Source of the DNA: a virus
Direction: 5' to 3' (one strand)
Length of the DNA stretch: 52,634 nt
IMG/VR virus record: IMGVR_UViG_3300029487_000014
Position 1 is the first letter of the stretch. The number at the start of each line of letters is the position of its first letter. This document shows positions 1 through 9,040 of the stretch, piece after piece. The translations under genes and the position numbers were made by a program. The notes under the pieces are model-generated. The model was not told the origin of the DNA. It was given only the letters and a program-made list of their open reading frames with translations, and did not search any database.

Positions 1-99
1 CTGCATTCTGTTTGCCAACATGCTCAAGCACTTCAAAAGCACAGACTTTGTCAGCATTAAACTTGCTGAAATCCATGTAGTTTTTAGCAAGGTCAGCAA
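1..99. repeat. Terminal overlap: bases 1-99 are identical to 52536-52634, closing a circular genome of about 52,535 bp
   Basis: Direct comparison of the two window ends (ctgcattctgtttgccaacatgctcaagc...tagcaaggtcagcaa). The overlap lies inside one ORF and joins it in frame. Confidence 0.95.
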
Positions 100-385
100 C
101 ATAGAAATGAGCCCAAGGTACATCCGCATACTTTTCAGCAGCTTGTTGAATTGTTTTTTCGCGAATATCAATACCAATATACTCTTTCTGCTTAAATTTG
201 TTTCGGTATAACACCTCAAGTAAATTAGCAGCCCCGCAGCCAAAATCAACGATAGATTCACCTATCTTGGCTTCTTTCAAAATGTGAGTCCAACGCAAAT
301 AATGCGCAAACTGGTCTCTGTGGAATACATGACGCTCAAACGCCTGGTCTGGTCTGAGGTCTGTTGTGTTATAAACTTTTGCCAT
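1..385 (-). CDS. Class I SAM-dependent methyltransferase, N-terminal part (ATG at 385; continues across the circular junction into 52099-52535; about 273 aa in total)
   Basis: Manual translation: MAKVYNTTDLRPDQAFERHVF...ESIVDFGCGAANLLEVL (SAM motif I), YIGIDI (motif II). It is in frame with ORF 52099..52611 (385-76=309, divisible by 3). Confidence 0.75.
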   Translation of the reverse strand, partial: MAKVYNTTDLRPDQAFERHVFHRDQFAHYLRWTHILKEAKIGESIVDFGCGAANLLEVLYRNKFKQKEYIGIDIREKTIQQAAEKYADVPWAHFYVADLAKNYMDFSKFNADKVCAFEVLEHVGKQNA

Positions 386-417
386 AATTATTTTTAATTT
401 TATCTCTAAGTTCTTTA

Positions 418-618
418 TTATTTTTTTGATAGTTTGTTAATAGTCGACACAATGGCGGCAAATAATAAAGCCATATATACTAACAGTAATAGCCCTTGTA
501 TACATTCACTATGCACATACATCATAATAAATATAGGCGAAATCATTACACATGCTATCACTGTTGCTATAGGTGCAAGGCATAAACCTATTAAAAAATT
601 TTTAATAAACTGCTTCAT
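418..618 (-). CDS. Small membrane protein (two hydrophobic helices)
   Basis: 66-aa ORF with LIGLCLAPIATVIACVMISPIFIMM and LLLLVYMALLFAAIV. Tightly packed with same-strand neighbours. Confidence 0.55.
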   Translation of the reverse strand: MKQFIKNFLIGLCLAPIATVIACVMISPIFIMMYVHSECIQGLLLLVYMALLFAAIVSTINKLSKK

Positions 619-620
619 GA

Positions 621-914
621 TTATTTGTCATTAAAAATTTCTTTATGTTCTTCTAAGTAGTCATTCATAGAGCCCATATAAGCAATCGCATCAAGAAGAT
701 TATCCTCTTTGTGCGCATAAGCCTCACGCGATAACTTAAGAGCTATCATAGCTCTATACATACCAGCGGTTGTTATTTGCTGGTCTTTAGGCGACATCAA
801 GTTATAAAGAGCTGCCGCTCTTTCCATTGATGCCTTAAAAGGCCCGTACTGACGCTCTTTTTCCTCTGAGCGCTCATTCACAATCTGATTTGCTTGTTCT
901 AATATATTACTCAT
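621..914 (-). CDS. Hypothetical helical phage protein (DUF6378-like, recalled pattern only)
   Basis: 97-aa ORF. ERQYGPF...MYRAMIALKLSR...HKEDNLLDAIAY resembles small proteins seen in phage nucleotide-metabolism modules. Confidence 0.5.
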   Translation of the reverse strand: MSNILEQANQIVNERSEEKERQYGPFKASMERAAALYNLMSPKDQQITTAGMYRAMIALKLSREAYAHKEDNLLDAIAYMGSMNDYLEEHKEIFNDK

Positions 915-1005
915 GATTTAAAACTGTTTATTATTTTATATTTTAACTCTGGATTATTCTCAAGCATTTCGTTATTCTCTTTTAACAGTTTAAGTATCTC
1001 ATCCA

Positions 1006-1245
1006 TTACAGCATCGATTTTAGTTCTGCTTTTAATCTTTTTGCATCAGCACCTCTAAATGTTTGTGCATTTGCCAAGAAGTATCTAACAATATCTCCTG
1101 CGGTATCATAAAAATACATAGCATTCGGGTCTGAAGTATCAAGTGTTAGCATTGCCTCTAAATAAGGCACTGCGCCAAAATATACATTAAGCCATGTTGA
1201 CTTTATATCTTTAGCTATTTGCTGAAAGGTTCTTTTCTTGTCCAT
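1006..1245 (-). CDS. Hypothetical protein
   Basis: 79-aa ORF, the first gene downstream of the promoter box at 1269-1276. Confidence 0.6.
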   Translation of the reverse strand: MDKKRTFQQIAKDIKSTWLNVYFGAVPYLEAMLTLDTSDPNAMYFYDTAGDIVRYFLANAQTFRGADAKRLKAELKSML

Positions 1246-1262
1246 TTTATTATCTTTATTTA

Positions 1263-1300
1263 GATATGCAAATATACTAATTTTCTCCGAGAATAGAAAA
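1263..1300 (-). promoter_or_regulatory. Bacteroidota-type promoter (-7 box TATATTTG, minus sense, at 1269-1276) with an adjacent CCGAGAAT box (1287-1294)
   Basis: The minus-sense sequence reads TTAGTATATTTGCATATC, about 25 nt upstream of the ATG at 1245. It matches the TAnnTTTG consensus. Confidence 0.6.
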
Positions 1301-1351
1301 TTTTTTCATTATAAAATGCACTCACTTAACACTTCTTAACTTGGCCAGATT

Positions 1352-1726
1352 TTATTGCTCTTCTGGATATTCTATTTGCAGTAATTCTTTGCAAAATTGA
1401 ATAACTTGCTCATAATTATTATATGCAGTTTGAGTAATAATTCTCCGCTGAAGTATCGTCAGTTTATTTTTAATAATAAACTTATTTATGTTAAGAGAGA
1501 GAGCTTTATCGTTGCATCTTCTTTTGTCTCCTAGCTGAATAGCTAGTTGAGCATAATGAATACATTTCTTTATATCCTGCACTCCATTTTTAGCTTTATA
1601 CCTACTAATATATTTTATAATGCATCCTTGTATAAAAGAGCATCTTAAAGCAGTTATAAGCTCTATTGGTTGCATAGCCATATCTTTATAATGGTTACCA
1701 CCTATTTGTACATCTGTTGCTTTCAT
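1352..1726 (-). CDS. DUF3310-family phage protein
   Basis: IGGNHYKDMAMQPIELI...IKYISRYKAKNGVQDIKKCIHY matches the GGxHY...QPxE...KYxxRxxxK signature. Confidence 0.65.
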   Translation of the reverse strand: MKATDVQIGGNHYKDMAMQPIELITALRCSFIQGCIIKYISRYKAKNGVQDIKKCIHYAQLAIQLGDKRRCNDKALSLNINKFIIKNKLTILQRRIITQTAYNNYEQVIQFCKELLQIEYPEEQ

Positions 1727-1911
1727 ATTTCTACTTTTGTATAATTATTAAAATCACAATAAAGATATTTAGGAATAGGAGTTATAGCATCATTTATATA
1801 TTTACATGTAGTTGGCCATTTATTTTTCATAACTACCTCATATATTACATTGCGATAACAGAATATATCTCCAACCTTTAACCTTGATATTTTAATATAC
1901 TTTTCGCGCAT
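1723..1911 (-). CDS. Hypothetical protein
   Basis: 62-aa ORF whose stop overlaps the start of the next gene. Confidence 0.5.
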   Translation of the reverse strand: MREKYIKISRLKVGDIFCYRNVIYEVVMKNKWPTTCKYINDAITPIPKYLYCDFNNYTKVEI

Positions 1912-2239
1912 GACTATTAGCTATAAATCCGTTTGCCACTCTCATTTCATCCATAAACATAACAGAATTGTAATGCTTAGGAAATTCTTTTATCACCTTA
2001 AAGCTTGCTGTTTTATCTTTCACAAAGCTATTATCGCCTACAGGCTCTACATACCCAAGTTTTACAAACTTATAAAGATATGCAGTTTCTGAGTTTCTAC
2101 CTGGTTCTTTACCAAGCAGAATTTCTTTTGAACTTACTACTTTGCCAACATTATCGTTAACAAATTTTACCATTTCCGGAAATACCGGAGCTTGTTTTCC
2201 ATTACGTCCCATATTACATAAATTTTTTATATTTGTCAA
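1892..2239 (-). CDS. Hypothetical protein
   Basis: 115-aa ORF inside the packed replication operon. Confidence 0.55.
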   Translation of the reverse strand: MTNIKNLCNMGRNGKQAPVFPEMVKFVNDNVGKVVSSKEILLGKEPGRNSETAYLYKFVKLGYVEPVGDNSFVKDKTASFKVIKEFPKHYNSVMFMDEMRVANGFIANSHARKVY

Positions 2240-3653
2240 TTTTTGCTTTTATGCTATCCATTAAGGCATTTTGCTTTTTATCTTTTGCTTTAAGTGCTCT
2301 GATTACATCTTCATCGTGAGTGCCTTGCAATATCAAATGATTTATAACAACATGATTTTGCTGTCCTTGTCGATATAATCGAGCATTAAACTGCTGATAT
2401 AATTCAAGACTCCATGTTTGCCCAAACCAAACTATTATACTGCCTCCTGCTTGAAGATTAAGCCCATGGCCTGCTGATGCTGGATGCGCTAACATAACTT
2501 GTATTTTACCAGCATTCCAGTCTTCAATATCTTTATTGTTTTTAAGCTCTCTTGGCTTATATTTTTTAAGATATTCCACGATTCTATCCCTATCGAATTG
2601 ATAGGTCCATGCTACAAGCACAGATTGGCCATTTGCATCTTCAATTATCTCCTTAAGAGCTTCAAGCTTAATATCATGAATTGGAAACACACTTCTTTCT
2701 TCATCATATATAGCTCCATTAGCAAATTGAAGTAATTTATTTGAAAGGGCAGCGGCATTGACTACGTTTACTTCCACAGGCTTTTCAACAAATACTGAAT
2801 TACCATTTTCGTCTTCTTGCTCAATCGTTTCAGTAGCACTTATTAAGTCAAGCACTTTATTCTTTTCAAAGTCATCATATTGCTTCTTTAGAGCTTCAGG
2901 CATTCTAAGCTTTATATAGTTATCTGTCCTAAACGGCATTTCAAGATAATCATCGGCTTTCATGCTTATGCAAATATCCTCTATTTTCTTATGTATTAGA
3001 TATTCTGAGTCACTCATCAAATCGTATGAATATACGACATGACCATTCGTTTGACCTGGCCGAAAATACCTTTCTCTATATCTGGATATTGTCTTTTCAA
3101 GGCGCTCGCCTCTATCCATAAGATATATTTGAGGCCACAAATCAATAAGTCCATTTGGAGCGGGTGTACCAGTTAGTCCTACTAACCTTTTAAGATAAGG
3201 TCTTGCGCCGCGTAATGCCTTAAAACGCTCTGATTTATAAGACTTAAAACTGCTAAGCTCATCAACTACTACCATATCAAAAGGTAATTTGCCTCCGCCA
3301 TATAAAGCACAAAGCCATGCGACATTATCTCTTGATATGATATAAATATCAGCTTTTGTTTCCATAACAGCTGCTATTCGCTGTTTAGCAGTACCTATAA
3401 TCTTAGAAAAGCGCAAATGCTTTAAGTGGTCCCATTTCTCTGCTTCTTCTTGCCAAACTGACTCAGCTACTCGCTTTGGTGCTATGACTAACACTGAGTT
3501 AATCTCAAGATAGTCAAACATCAAATAGTTTACAGCTGTCAGTGTTGATACTGTCTTACCCAATCCCATATCAAGAAATACTCCACAAAATGGGTGAGTA
3601 ATTATATGCTCAACACAAGCCAATTGGTATTTATGTAAATCTGTTTCTTTCAT
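2214..3653 (-). CDS. SNF2/DEAD-like family helicase
   Basis: Motif I LDMGLGKT, motif II VVVDELSSFK, motif III LTGTPAPN, motif VI RLYRQGQQ. Confidence 0.85.
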   Translation of the reverse strand: MKETDLHKYQLACVEHIITHPFCGVFLDMGLGKTVSTLTAVNYLMFDYLEINSVLVIAPKRVAESVWQEEAEKWDHLKHLRFSKIIGTAKQRIAAVMETKADIYIISRDNVAWLCALYGGGKLPFDMVVVDELSSFKSYKSERFKALRGARPYLKRLVGLTGTPAPNGLIDLWPQIYLMDRGERLEKTISRYRERYFRPGQTNGHVVYSYDLMSDSEYLIHKKIEDICISMKADDYLEMPFRTDNYIKLRMPEALKKQYDDFEKNKVLDLISATETIEQEDENGNSVFVEKPVEVNVVNAAALSNKLLQFANGAIYDEERSVFPIHDIKLEALKEIIEDANGQSVLVAWTYQFDRDRIVEYLKKYKPRELKNNKDIEDWNAGKIQVMLAHPASAGHGLNLQAGGSIIVWFGQTWSLELYQQFNARLYRQGQQNHVVINHLILQGTHDEDVIRALKAKDKKQNALMDSIKAKIDKYKKFM

Positions 3654-3733
3654 CTTTTGTTACTGTTAAATATAGCTAAACAAGCTAAACCAAACAAAGC
3701 ACCTATTATAAATGCAACTATGTTACTTATCAT
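3650..3733 (-). CDS. Possible 27-aa hydrophobic mini-protein
   Basis: Manual translation MISNIVAFIIGALFGLACLAIFNSNKR. It shares an ATGA overlap with the SNF2 start and overlaps the VRR-NUC stop. Confidence 0.3.
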   Translation of the reverse strand: MISNIVAFIIGALFGLACLAIFNSNKR

Positions 3734-4025
3734 AAATTATACTATCTATAAATTGTTCAACGCCTTTTATCGTATCTATTACTTCAACTCTAAAACCCAA
3801 AGCTCTAAGCTTATTGTGCATATATGCCTGTATGCGTTTAGGCTTTCGCCCAGTTGTTTTTAATTCCACAAAAACTATTTTATGGCCCGGAAATAAGCAC
3901 ATTCTATCTGGTAAGCCTATAAGTTGGTCACACAGCAGTTTTATACACATGCCACCATTTATCTTAACAAGCTCAACCAATTTGTGCTCTACAACTTTTT
4001 CACTGTCTACCGTCTCTTTCTTCAT
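3723..4025 (-). CDS. VRR-NUC domain nuclease
   Basis: GLPDRMCLFPGHKIVFVELKTTGRKP contains the PD...(E)xK core typical of VRR-NUC proteins. Confidence 0.75.
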   Translation of the reverse strand: MKKETVDSEKVVEHKLVELVKINGGMCIKLLCDQLIGLPDRMCLFPGHKIVFVELKTTGRKPKRIQAYMHNKLRALGFRVEVIDTIKGVEQFIDSIIYDK

Positions 4026-4218
4026 AAGTTAAATTTATTGAACTTACAGTTACTCCAAGTATTTGCAATGACCGGTTAAGCTTATCTTTAAGATTTTTCT
4101 TGAATTGGGCTACATCATTGCAAGCATTTTCTTCTGTTACATGGTTTTCATCATATTTTATTGTTCTTAAAGAACCATCGGAGAATTTGCATACAGCTCT
4201 TAGTATTACATATTTCAT
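4000..4218 (-). CDS. Hypothetical protein
   Basis: 72-aa ORF in an operon context. Confidence 0.5.
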   Translation of the reverse strand: MKYVILRAVCKFSDGSLRTIKYDENHVTEENACNDVAQFKKNLKDKLNRSLQILGVTVSSINLTYEERDGRQ

Positions 4219-4403
4219 AACCTGGCCATATAAATGTTATACTCACACTTATCCAAATTAAATTCCAGTTTGTCAACACAAAACTTTTGGCCATTGTATA
4301 TAACAATCGTTTTGACAGACGGAATATGTTCTATGTTTCTTGTTACAAGAAGCACAGAATTACGGTAATTTCCGTATTGCGTTTTATAAAAATTTGCTAT
4401 CAT
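4215..4403 (-). CDS. Hypothetical protein
   Basis: 62-aa ORF with start and stop overlaps to its neighbours. Confidence 0.5.
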   Translation of the reverse strand: MIANFYKTQYGNYRNSVLLVTRNIEHIPSVKTIVIYNGQKFCVDKLEFNLDKCEYNIYMARL

Positions 4404-6817
4404 AATAAGCTATCTTTACGTTTATAGTATTTCTGTTTACCATATAAAGGAAAGTTCTTAGTGGATGCTATAGCTTCCCATTCAGGCAATGACCTAAGAA
4501 TTTCATTAACCTCCCTGGTATTATATCTTGACATTTCTGTCTTATCTTTGCCGAGGCACTCACACCATACTTCAGCAATGCAGACAAAGTCTTTTTGTAC
4601 TGTACCGTTTTTAGACAATGGGTCTTCAAGCCAACGTCTTCTGTCGTACAGGTCCATTTTATCCCAATCATCTGGAAATTTAGTATTAAGATATTCTTCA
4701 ATAATACCTTTTCGCTCATCTGCTTCTGAGTGTTTATGCTGCTCAATCTTAGCAATTATATCTTCATCACCAACGAGGTATAAAGGCTCTTTTGCTAAAT
4801 ATAACTGATATGCTTCAGCCCATATTTGATTTACTTCATCTTGTGTAAGGTCATCATTTACAGACTTTGTAGCATATTCTGGCCTTACGTCTATAGGCAT
4901 AAATCGTCTATTTCCTGTTGGGTCACGTAAGAAATCTTTGTTATTAGTAGTACCAAAAAATACACACTGCCTTTTATATGTTTCTACTGTTCTACCATAC
5001 GCTGGCCTGAACATATCTTCTCTTTTTGATATGTAGTGCTTGATTGACTCTACTTCTGCTTTCTTAAGGCCTGAAAGCTCTGCCATTTCAATCAGCCACG
5101 CCCCTTGTATCTGCTCAAATGACTCCTTGCCCTGCACAGTCGTGAATGTATCTGAGAACCATTCCATGCCGAGCTTTTTAACGAAAGTACTTTTATATGT
5201 TCCTTGTTCTCCGACAAGTATAAGCGCTGTGTCGAACTTAATACCTGGCTCGAATACCCTCGCAACAGCCGCCACCAACGTCTTCCTAATGGTGGCTCTA
5301 GTATAAGCGTTATCTTCTGCTCCAAAATAATCAATCAATAATGTATTAACTCTCGGTATGCCATCCCACTTTTGAGCGCATATATACTCTCTTATCGGAT
5401 GGAACTTTTTCTTTTCAAATTCAAGCGCAAGCGCGTCGTCCACTTTTTGACTTGACACAATGCCGTAAACACACTCAATGTAATTACGAACACCAGAATA
5501 GTCAACATCACGAAGAGGCTCCACAGTATCGACTTTACGCCATGGTAACGAACGTGTAACATATCTTTTATTATCAAAAATGTTTAGCTTAAATACATCT
5601 TTTAAGAATTGGTCATGCTGAATTATTATATTCAAGTTATTGGCAGAATTATCATATTCGCCTTTTGTATTAGCGTCAAGCTCTTCTGTCCATGAAGTAT
5701 CATATTTTTCAGGAACTTCTGCTTTTGCTTCTTCTGCAAACTCGAATTTAGCTTCAGCAAACTTTTCTTCAGCAATATGCTTTTTTGTTGTAGAGTCCTT
5801 AGAGGCAAATTCTTCCATTGCCTTAAAGCTCTTTTTATCTTTGTCTTCTTTTTCTTTGCCTGTATCTAAATGGCCAAATTTATGTATGCGAACTAAGTCA
5901 AATGCATTACATAGTCTACCTCCAGCAGGGTCTGTTCCATGATGAGAATATGCAAATTTATCATCATAGACTATTAAGCCCGCAGCTGTAGAGCCATTTA
6001 TATATGTATATCGTCCTTCTCCAGCTGGTGTATATACATCTGAAAGAAAAGTCTCAATAGCTTCTTGTATAGTATAAGTACGGCAGAAAACACCAATTAT
6101 GCCTTTTTTATCTTCTGGGTCCTCTTGCTTTTTGATAGCTTGCATTATTACATCTGTGCTATCTGTAGCAGTTGGCCATTCACTCGTATCATGCCAATCA
6201 TTATATAGCCCAAGAATATAATCGGCTTCAAGGAAAGGTCCGTCTTGAAATTCAAAGTAGTACTCCATATCTGATGATACAGACGGCCAGAACATAAGTC
6301 TATTTACATCAAAAGTTGACTGGTCAAACAAATCAATGTTTAGGTCTCCAGCGACTTTTCGAGCAATAGCTTGATATTCTTCTTGCGATACTTCTCTATC
6401 AAGTGGAATTATCAATCTGTGTCGTGGCTTTTCAGGGCATGACTTATGGGTTGAATGAATAGCCGCAGCACAATCAAATAGCATTGTAAAGTCCCACCAA
6501 AAGTTCTCATGAGAAAAGTCAATATCCAATGTAATTAACTGGCGGTAAAGTACATTTGTTTTATCACGCCTACCATTTGTAAGAAATCCGCCTACAAATC
6601 CGCCTACATCTTTTATCTTACTTTGCTCTTCTTTTGTGGCACTTATAAACCGCTTATATGTTTCAGCGGTTACTACAGGAGTAGCTAGCTTTTGAACTAA
6701 ATTGCTCCAAGTAGTTTTGGTATTTTTCCATACTTTACTTGAAACATTTAGTCCAACTGCTATGCTCAAATTTTCATCATATTTCAATTTATCTACTTGC
6801 ATAATATGCGTAAACAA
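4400..6817 (-). CDS. Primase-polymerase (AEP-like N-terminus) fused to a VirE/D5-like P-loop helicase
   Basis: LITLDIDF (DxD) and AAIHSTHKS (sxH) lie in the N-terminal half. Walker A VGEQGTYKST and ELSGLKK lie in the C-terminal half. 805 aa. Confidence 0.8.
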   Translation of the reverse strand: MFTHIMQVDKLKYDENLSIAVGLNVSSKVWKNTKTTWSNLVQKLATPVVTAETYKRFISATKEEQSKIKDVGGFVGGFLTNGRRDKTNVLYRQLITLDIDFSHENFWWDFTMLFDCAAAIHSTHKSCPEKPRHRLIIPLDREVSQEEYQAIARKVAGDLNIDLFDQSTFDVNRLMFWPSVSSDMEYYFEFQDGPFLEADYILGLYNDWHDTSEWPTATDSTDVIMQAIKKQEDPEDKKGIIGVFCRTYTIQEAIETFLSDVYTPAGEGRYTYINGSTAAGLIVYDDKFAYSHHGTDPAGGRLCNAFDLVRIHKFGHLDTGKEKEDKDKKSFKAMEEFASKDSTTKKHIAEEKFAEAKFEFAEEAKAEVPEKYDTSWTEELDANTKGEYDNSANNLNIIIQHDQFLKDVFKLNIFDNKRYVTRSLPWRKVDTVEPLRDVDYSGVRNYIECVYGIVSSQKVDDALALEFEKKKFHPIREYICAQKWDGIPRVNTLLIDYFGAEDNAYTRATIRKTLVAAVARVFEPGIKFDTALILVGEQGTYKSTFVKKLGMEWFSDTFTTVQGKESFEQIQGAWLIEMAELSGLKKAEVESIKHYISKREDMFRPAYGRTVETYKRQCVFFGTTNNKDFLRDPTGNRRFMPIDVRPEYATKSVNDDLTQDEVNQIWAEAYQLYLAKEPLYLVGDEDIIAKIEQHKHSEADERKGIIEEYLNTKFPDDWDKMDLYDRRRWLEDPLSKNGTVQKDFVCIAEVWCECLGKDKTEMSRYNTREVNEILRSLPEWEAIASTKNFPLYGKQKYYKRKDSLL

Positions 6818-6843
6818 TATATAAACACAGCCAAATCATATTT

Positions 6844-8820
6844 TTAATCTTTTAAGTAGAATGGTGTTGTATATCCATCTGCTCTTAGTGGAAGGTCTGA
6901 TGCCCATTCAGGAGGAGTGCCCATAATGCTTGCCATTTCTTCATAATATGCTTGAGCATTCTCTTCTGGGACTTCGCACAAAACTTCATCATGTATATGG
7001 CACACAGGATGATAGTCATTAGCCTCAAGATTTAACATAGAATTGCCAAGTAAATCTCTTGAAATAGCTTGTACAATGTTCTCTGTTAATTTGCCTCCAT
7101 ACGTATCAATTTCGCCCCATTGCTTAGTTTCTTGCACAACTCCTTGGTAACATAATACTCGGGTTGGCATCGTAGAACGGCCTATTTTCTTATCTTTGAA
7201 TTTAGGCCCATAATAGAATAGCTTTCTGCCAGATGGCAATTGTATTGTCATAAACTCACCATTACAGTCGAAAATTATATTTCTACATGTGCATGATACT
7301 GGTCTTTGGTATCTGACAGCCTCTTTCGATGCTTCATCTATTTCTTTCCACATATCTACAATTGCAGGGTTTGCCGAGCGCCATTTACGCACCAGGCTCA
7401 TCATTTCAGTATCTGATAAGCCCATACGTTCACCACCCATTCGCTTAAGTGCTCCTAATGAGCCCTCATAACCGAGTGCAAGCTCTGAAATCTTTGATTT
7501 GTCGCGAAGTACTGAACCTTTTGTAATAGCAGATATTGGTACATTAAACATCTTTGCTCCTGTAGCTTCATAGATTTTACCGTCTCCGCGGAATACATCC
7601 ATTCGCCATTTTTCATTTGCAAGCCAAGATATAACACGCGCCTCAATAGCTGAGAAGTCTGCAACACTAAATACTTTACCAGGCGATGCTATAAGAGCTG
7701 TTCTTACTAACTGGGACAAAATATCTGCAACATCATCATACATCATCTCAACCGACTCCCAATCACGCGCTCTAATCATTTCACGTGGTACTTCTATATG
7801 TGATATATGATTTTTTGATAAGTTCTGCAATTGCAATAATCTACCTGCCCATCGTCCAGTTCTATTTGCACCATAGAATTGAAATGTACCACGGACTCTA
7901 TGGTCTTTCATGGCACAATTAAGCATAGCATAATACTTCTTAATAGACGTTTTTGAGAGCTTTTTGCGTATATTAAGCAACTCGATAACATCTGGATAAT
8001 CTGCAAACTCTTTCATTAAATCAGGCATTGTTTCCTTTGAAAGTGACATAACAACACATCCTGTTGTCTTTTCAATCCATTGCCTAATTTGAACAGGCGA
8101 GTTTGGATTTTCAAGCCCTGTTAGCTGTTGAGCATGTTGCGTTAAGATAGAAGTATATGTGTTATCTACTGCGATAGCAGACTCTGCTAATTCCATATCA
8201 ACCAAAATACCTCTATCGTTTATATTCTGGTCAAGCACATACATCTTGCGCTCAATATCAGGAATGATATATGCCTCTAATCTCTTAAATATCTCACGCT
8301 CTGCAAGTACGTCATACTTGTTATATTCCTTATACATTTCCCACTTTTCAGGAGCATGTTCAGGATAATTCCGAGTACGCATGCCATTAACTCGAGTTGC
8401 TTTGCATGGGCATGAGAAGTATTTAATAAGCGCTTTACCAGTATCTAGCTTTTTATCTGTAAGATTAAGAGCCTTTGATACTCCGTCCAAAGAAAGTGGT
8501 AAACCACAATACGCAGCTTTTACAGAGGTACAATACCACTGTTCTGCTGGAACATTATATCCTATACGCTTAAAGCTCAAGCGCTCAAATACTGCATTAT
8601 GTGCCACTTTTACACAATCCGGGTCAAGCAAAGCTTCTTCAAACTCTTCAGGCATTTCTTCACCTTGAGCCAAATCTACTATCTTTACCGGGCCATCATC
8701 TAAAGCATATCCTATTATAAGAATTTCAAAGTCTGGTGACTCAATATACTTATAAGCTCCAGACTCTTTAATATCTACAGATGAATATGTTTCAACGTCT
8801 ATAAAAAGATTTTTTGCCAT
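6844..8820 (-). CDS. Family A DNA polymerase with 3'-5' exonuclease domain
   Basis: Exo I FIDVETYS, Exo II VAHNAVFERLSF, Exo III YNKYDVLAERE. Pol motif A VADFSAIEARV, motif B KSKISELALGYEGS, motif C HIHDEV. Confidence 0.9.
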   Translation of the reverse strand: MAKNLFIDVETYSSVDIKESGAYKYIESPDFEILIIGYALDDGPVKIVDLAQGEEMPEEFEEALLDPDCVKVAHNAVFERLSFKRIGYNVPAEQWYCTSVKAAYCGLPLSLDGVSKALNLTDKKLDTGKALIKYFSCPCKATRVNGMRTRNYPEHAPEKWEMYKEYNKYDVLAEREIFKRLEAYIIPDIERKMYVLDQNINDRGILVDMELAESAIAVDNTYTSILTQHAQQLTGLENPNSPVQIRQWIEKTTGCVVMSLSKETMPDLMKEFADYPDVIELLNIRKKLSKTSIKKYYAMLNCAMKDHRVRGTFQFYGANRTGRWAGRLLQLQNLSKNHISHIEVPREMIRARDWESVEMMYDDVADILSQLVRTALIASPGKVFSVADFSAIEARVISWLANEKWRMDVFRGDGKIYEATGAKMFNVPISAITKGSVLRDKSKISELALGYEGSLGALKRMGGERMGLSDTEMMSLVRKWRSANPAIVDMWKEIDEASKEAVRYQRPVSCTCRNIIFDCNGEFMTIQLPSGRKLFYYGPKFKDKKIGRSTMPTRVLCYQGVVQETKQWGEIDTYGGKLTENIVQAISRDLLGNSMLNLEANDYHPVCHIHDEVLCEVPEENAQAYYEEMASIMGTPPEWASDLPLRADGYTTPFYLKD

Positions 8821-8849
8821 TATTTCTTTATTTGATATTATAGAATTGT

Positions 8850-8932
8850 GGAATAGGCAGGACTCGAACCTGCATCTTGCTCTCGTTGTTTTTAAGTGGT
8901 ACCACGCTGCTCTTCCATTAAGCTACTATCCC
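8850..8932 (-). tRNA. tRNA-like gene 1 (83 nt): canonical acceptor, D and T arms but no canonical anticodon arm
   Basis: RNA sense: GGGATAG TA GCTTAATGGAAGAGC A [34 nt] GCAGGTTCGAGTCCTGC CTATTCC. No 5-bp/7-nt/5-bp arm exists anywhere in the central 34 nt; every window was checked by hand. Confidence 0.6.
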
Positions 8933-8938
8933 AATAGG

Positions 8939-9021
8939 AGTATAGGCGGGACTCGAACCCACGTTTACTTGGTTTCCACAGACGGTTTCCGAAGTAAGTT
9001 TTACCATTAAACTACTATACT
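8939..9021 (-). tRNA. tRNA-like gene 2 (83 nt): canonical acceptor, D and T arms; the central stem TACTT/AAGTA closes a 21-nt loop that holds a GGAAACC direct repeat
   Basis: RNA sense: AGTATAG TA GTTTAATGGTAAAAC T TACTT CGGAAACCGTCTGTGGAAACC AAGTA AAC GTGGGTTCGAGTCCCGC CTATACT. It lies 6 nt from gene 1. Confidence 0.6.
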
Positions 9022-9040
9022 CATTGATGCAGAGAGGAAA

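Noticed and set aside
8850-9021. The tRNA-like genes considered as suppressor tRNAs that would signal an alternative genetic code.
   Set aside because: All the large genes (for example the 1313-aa tape measure and the 907-aa TerL) are open in the standard code with no in-frame stops. Neither RNA shows a foldable anticodon loop from which a suppressor anticodon could be read.
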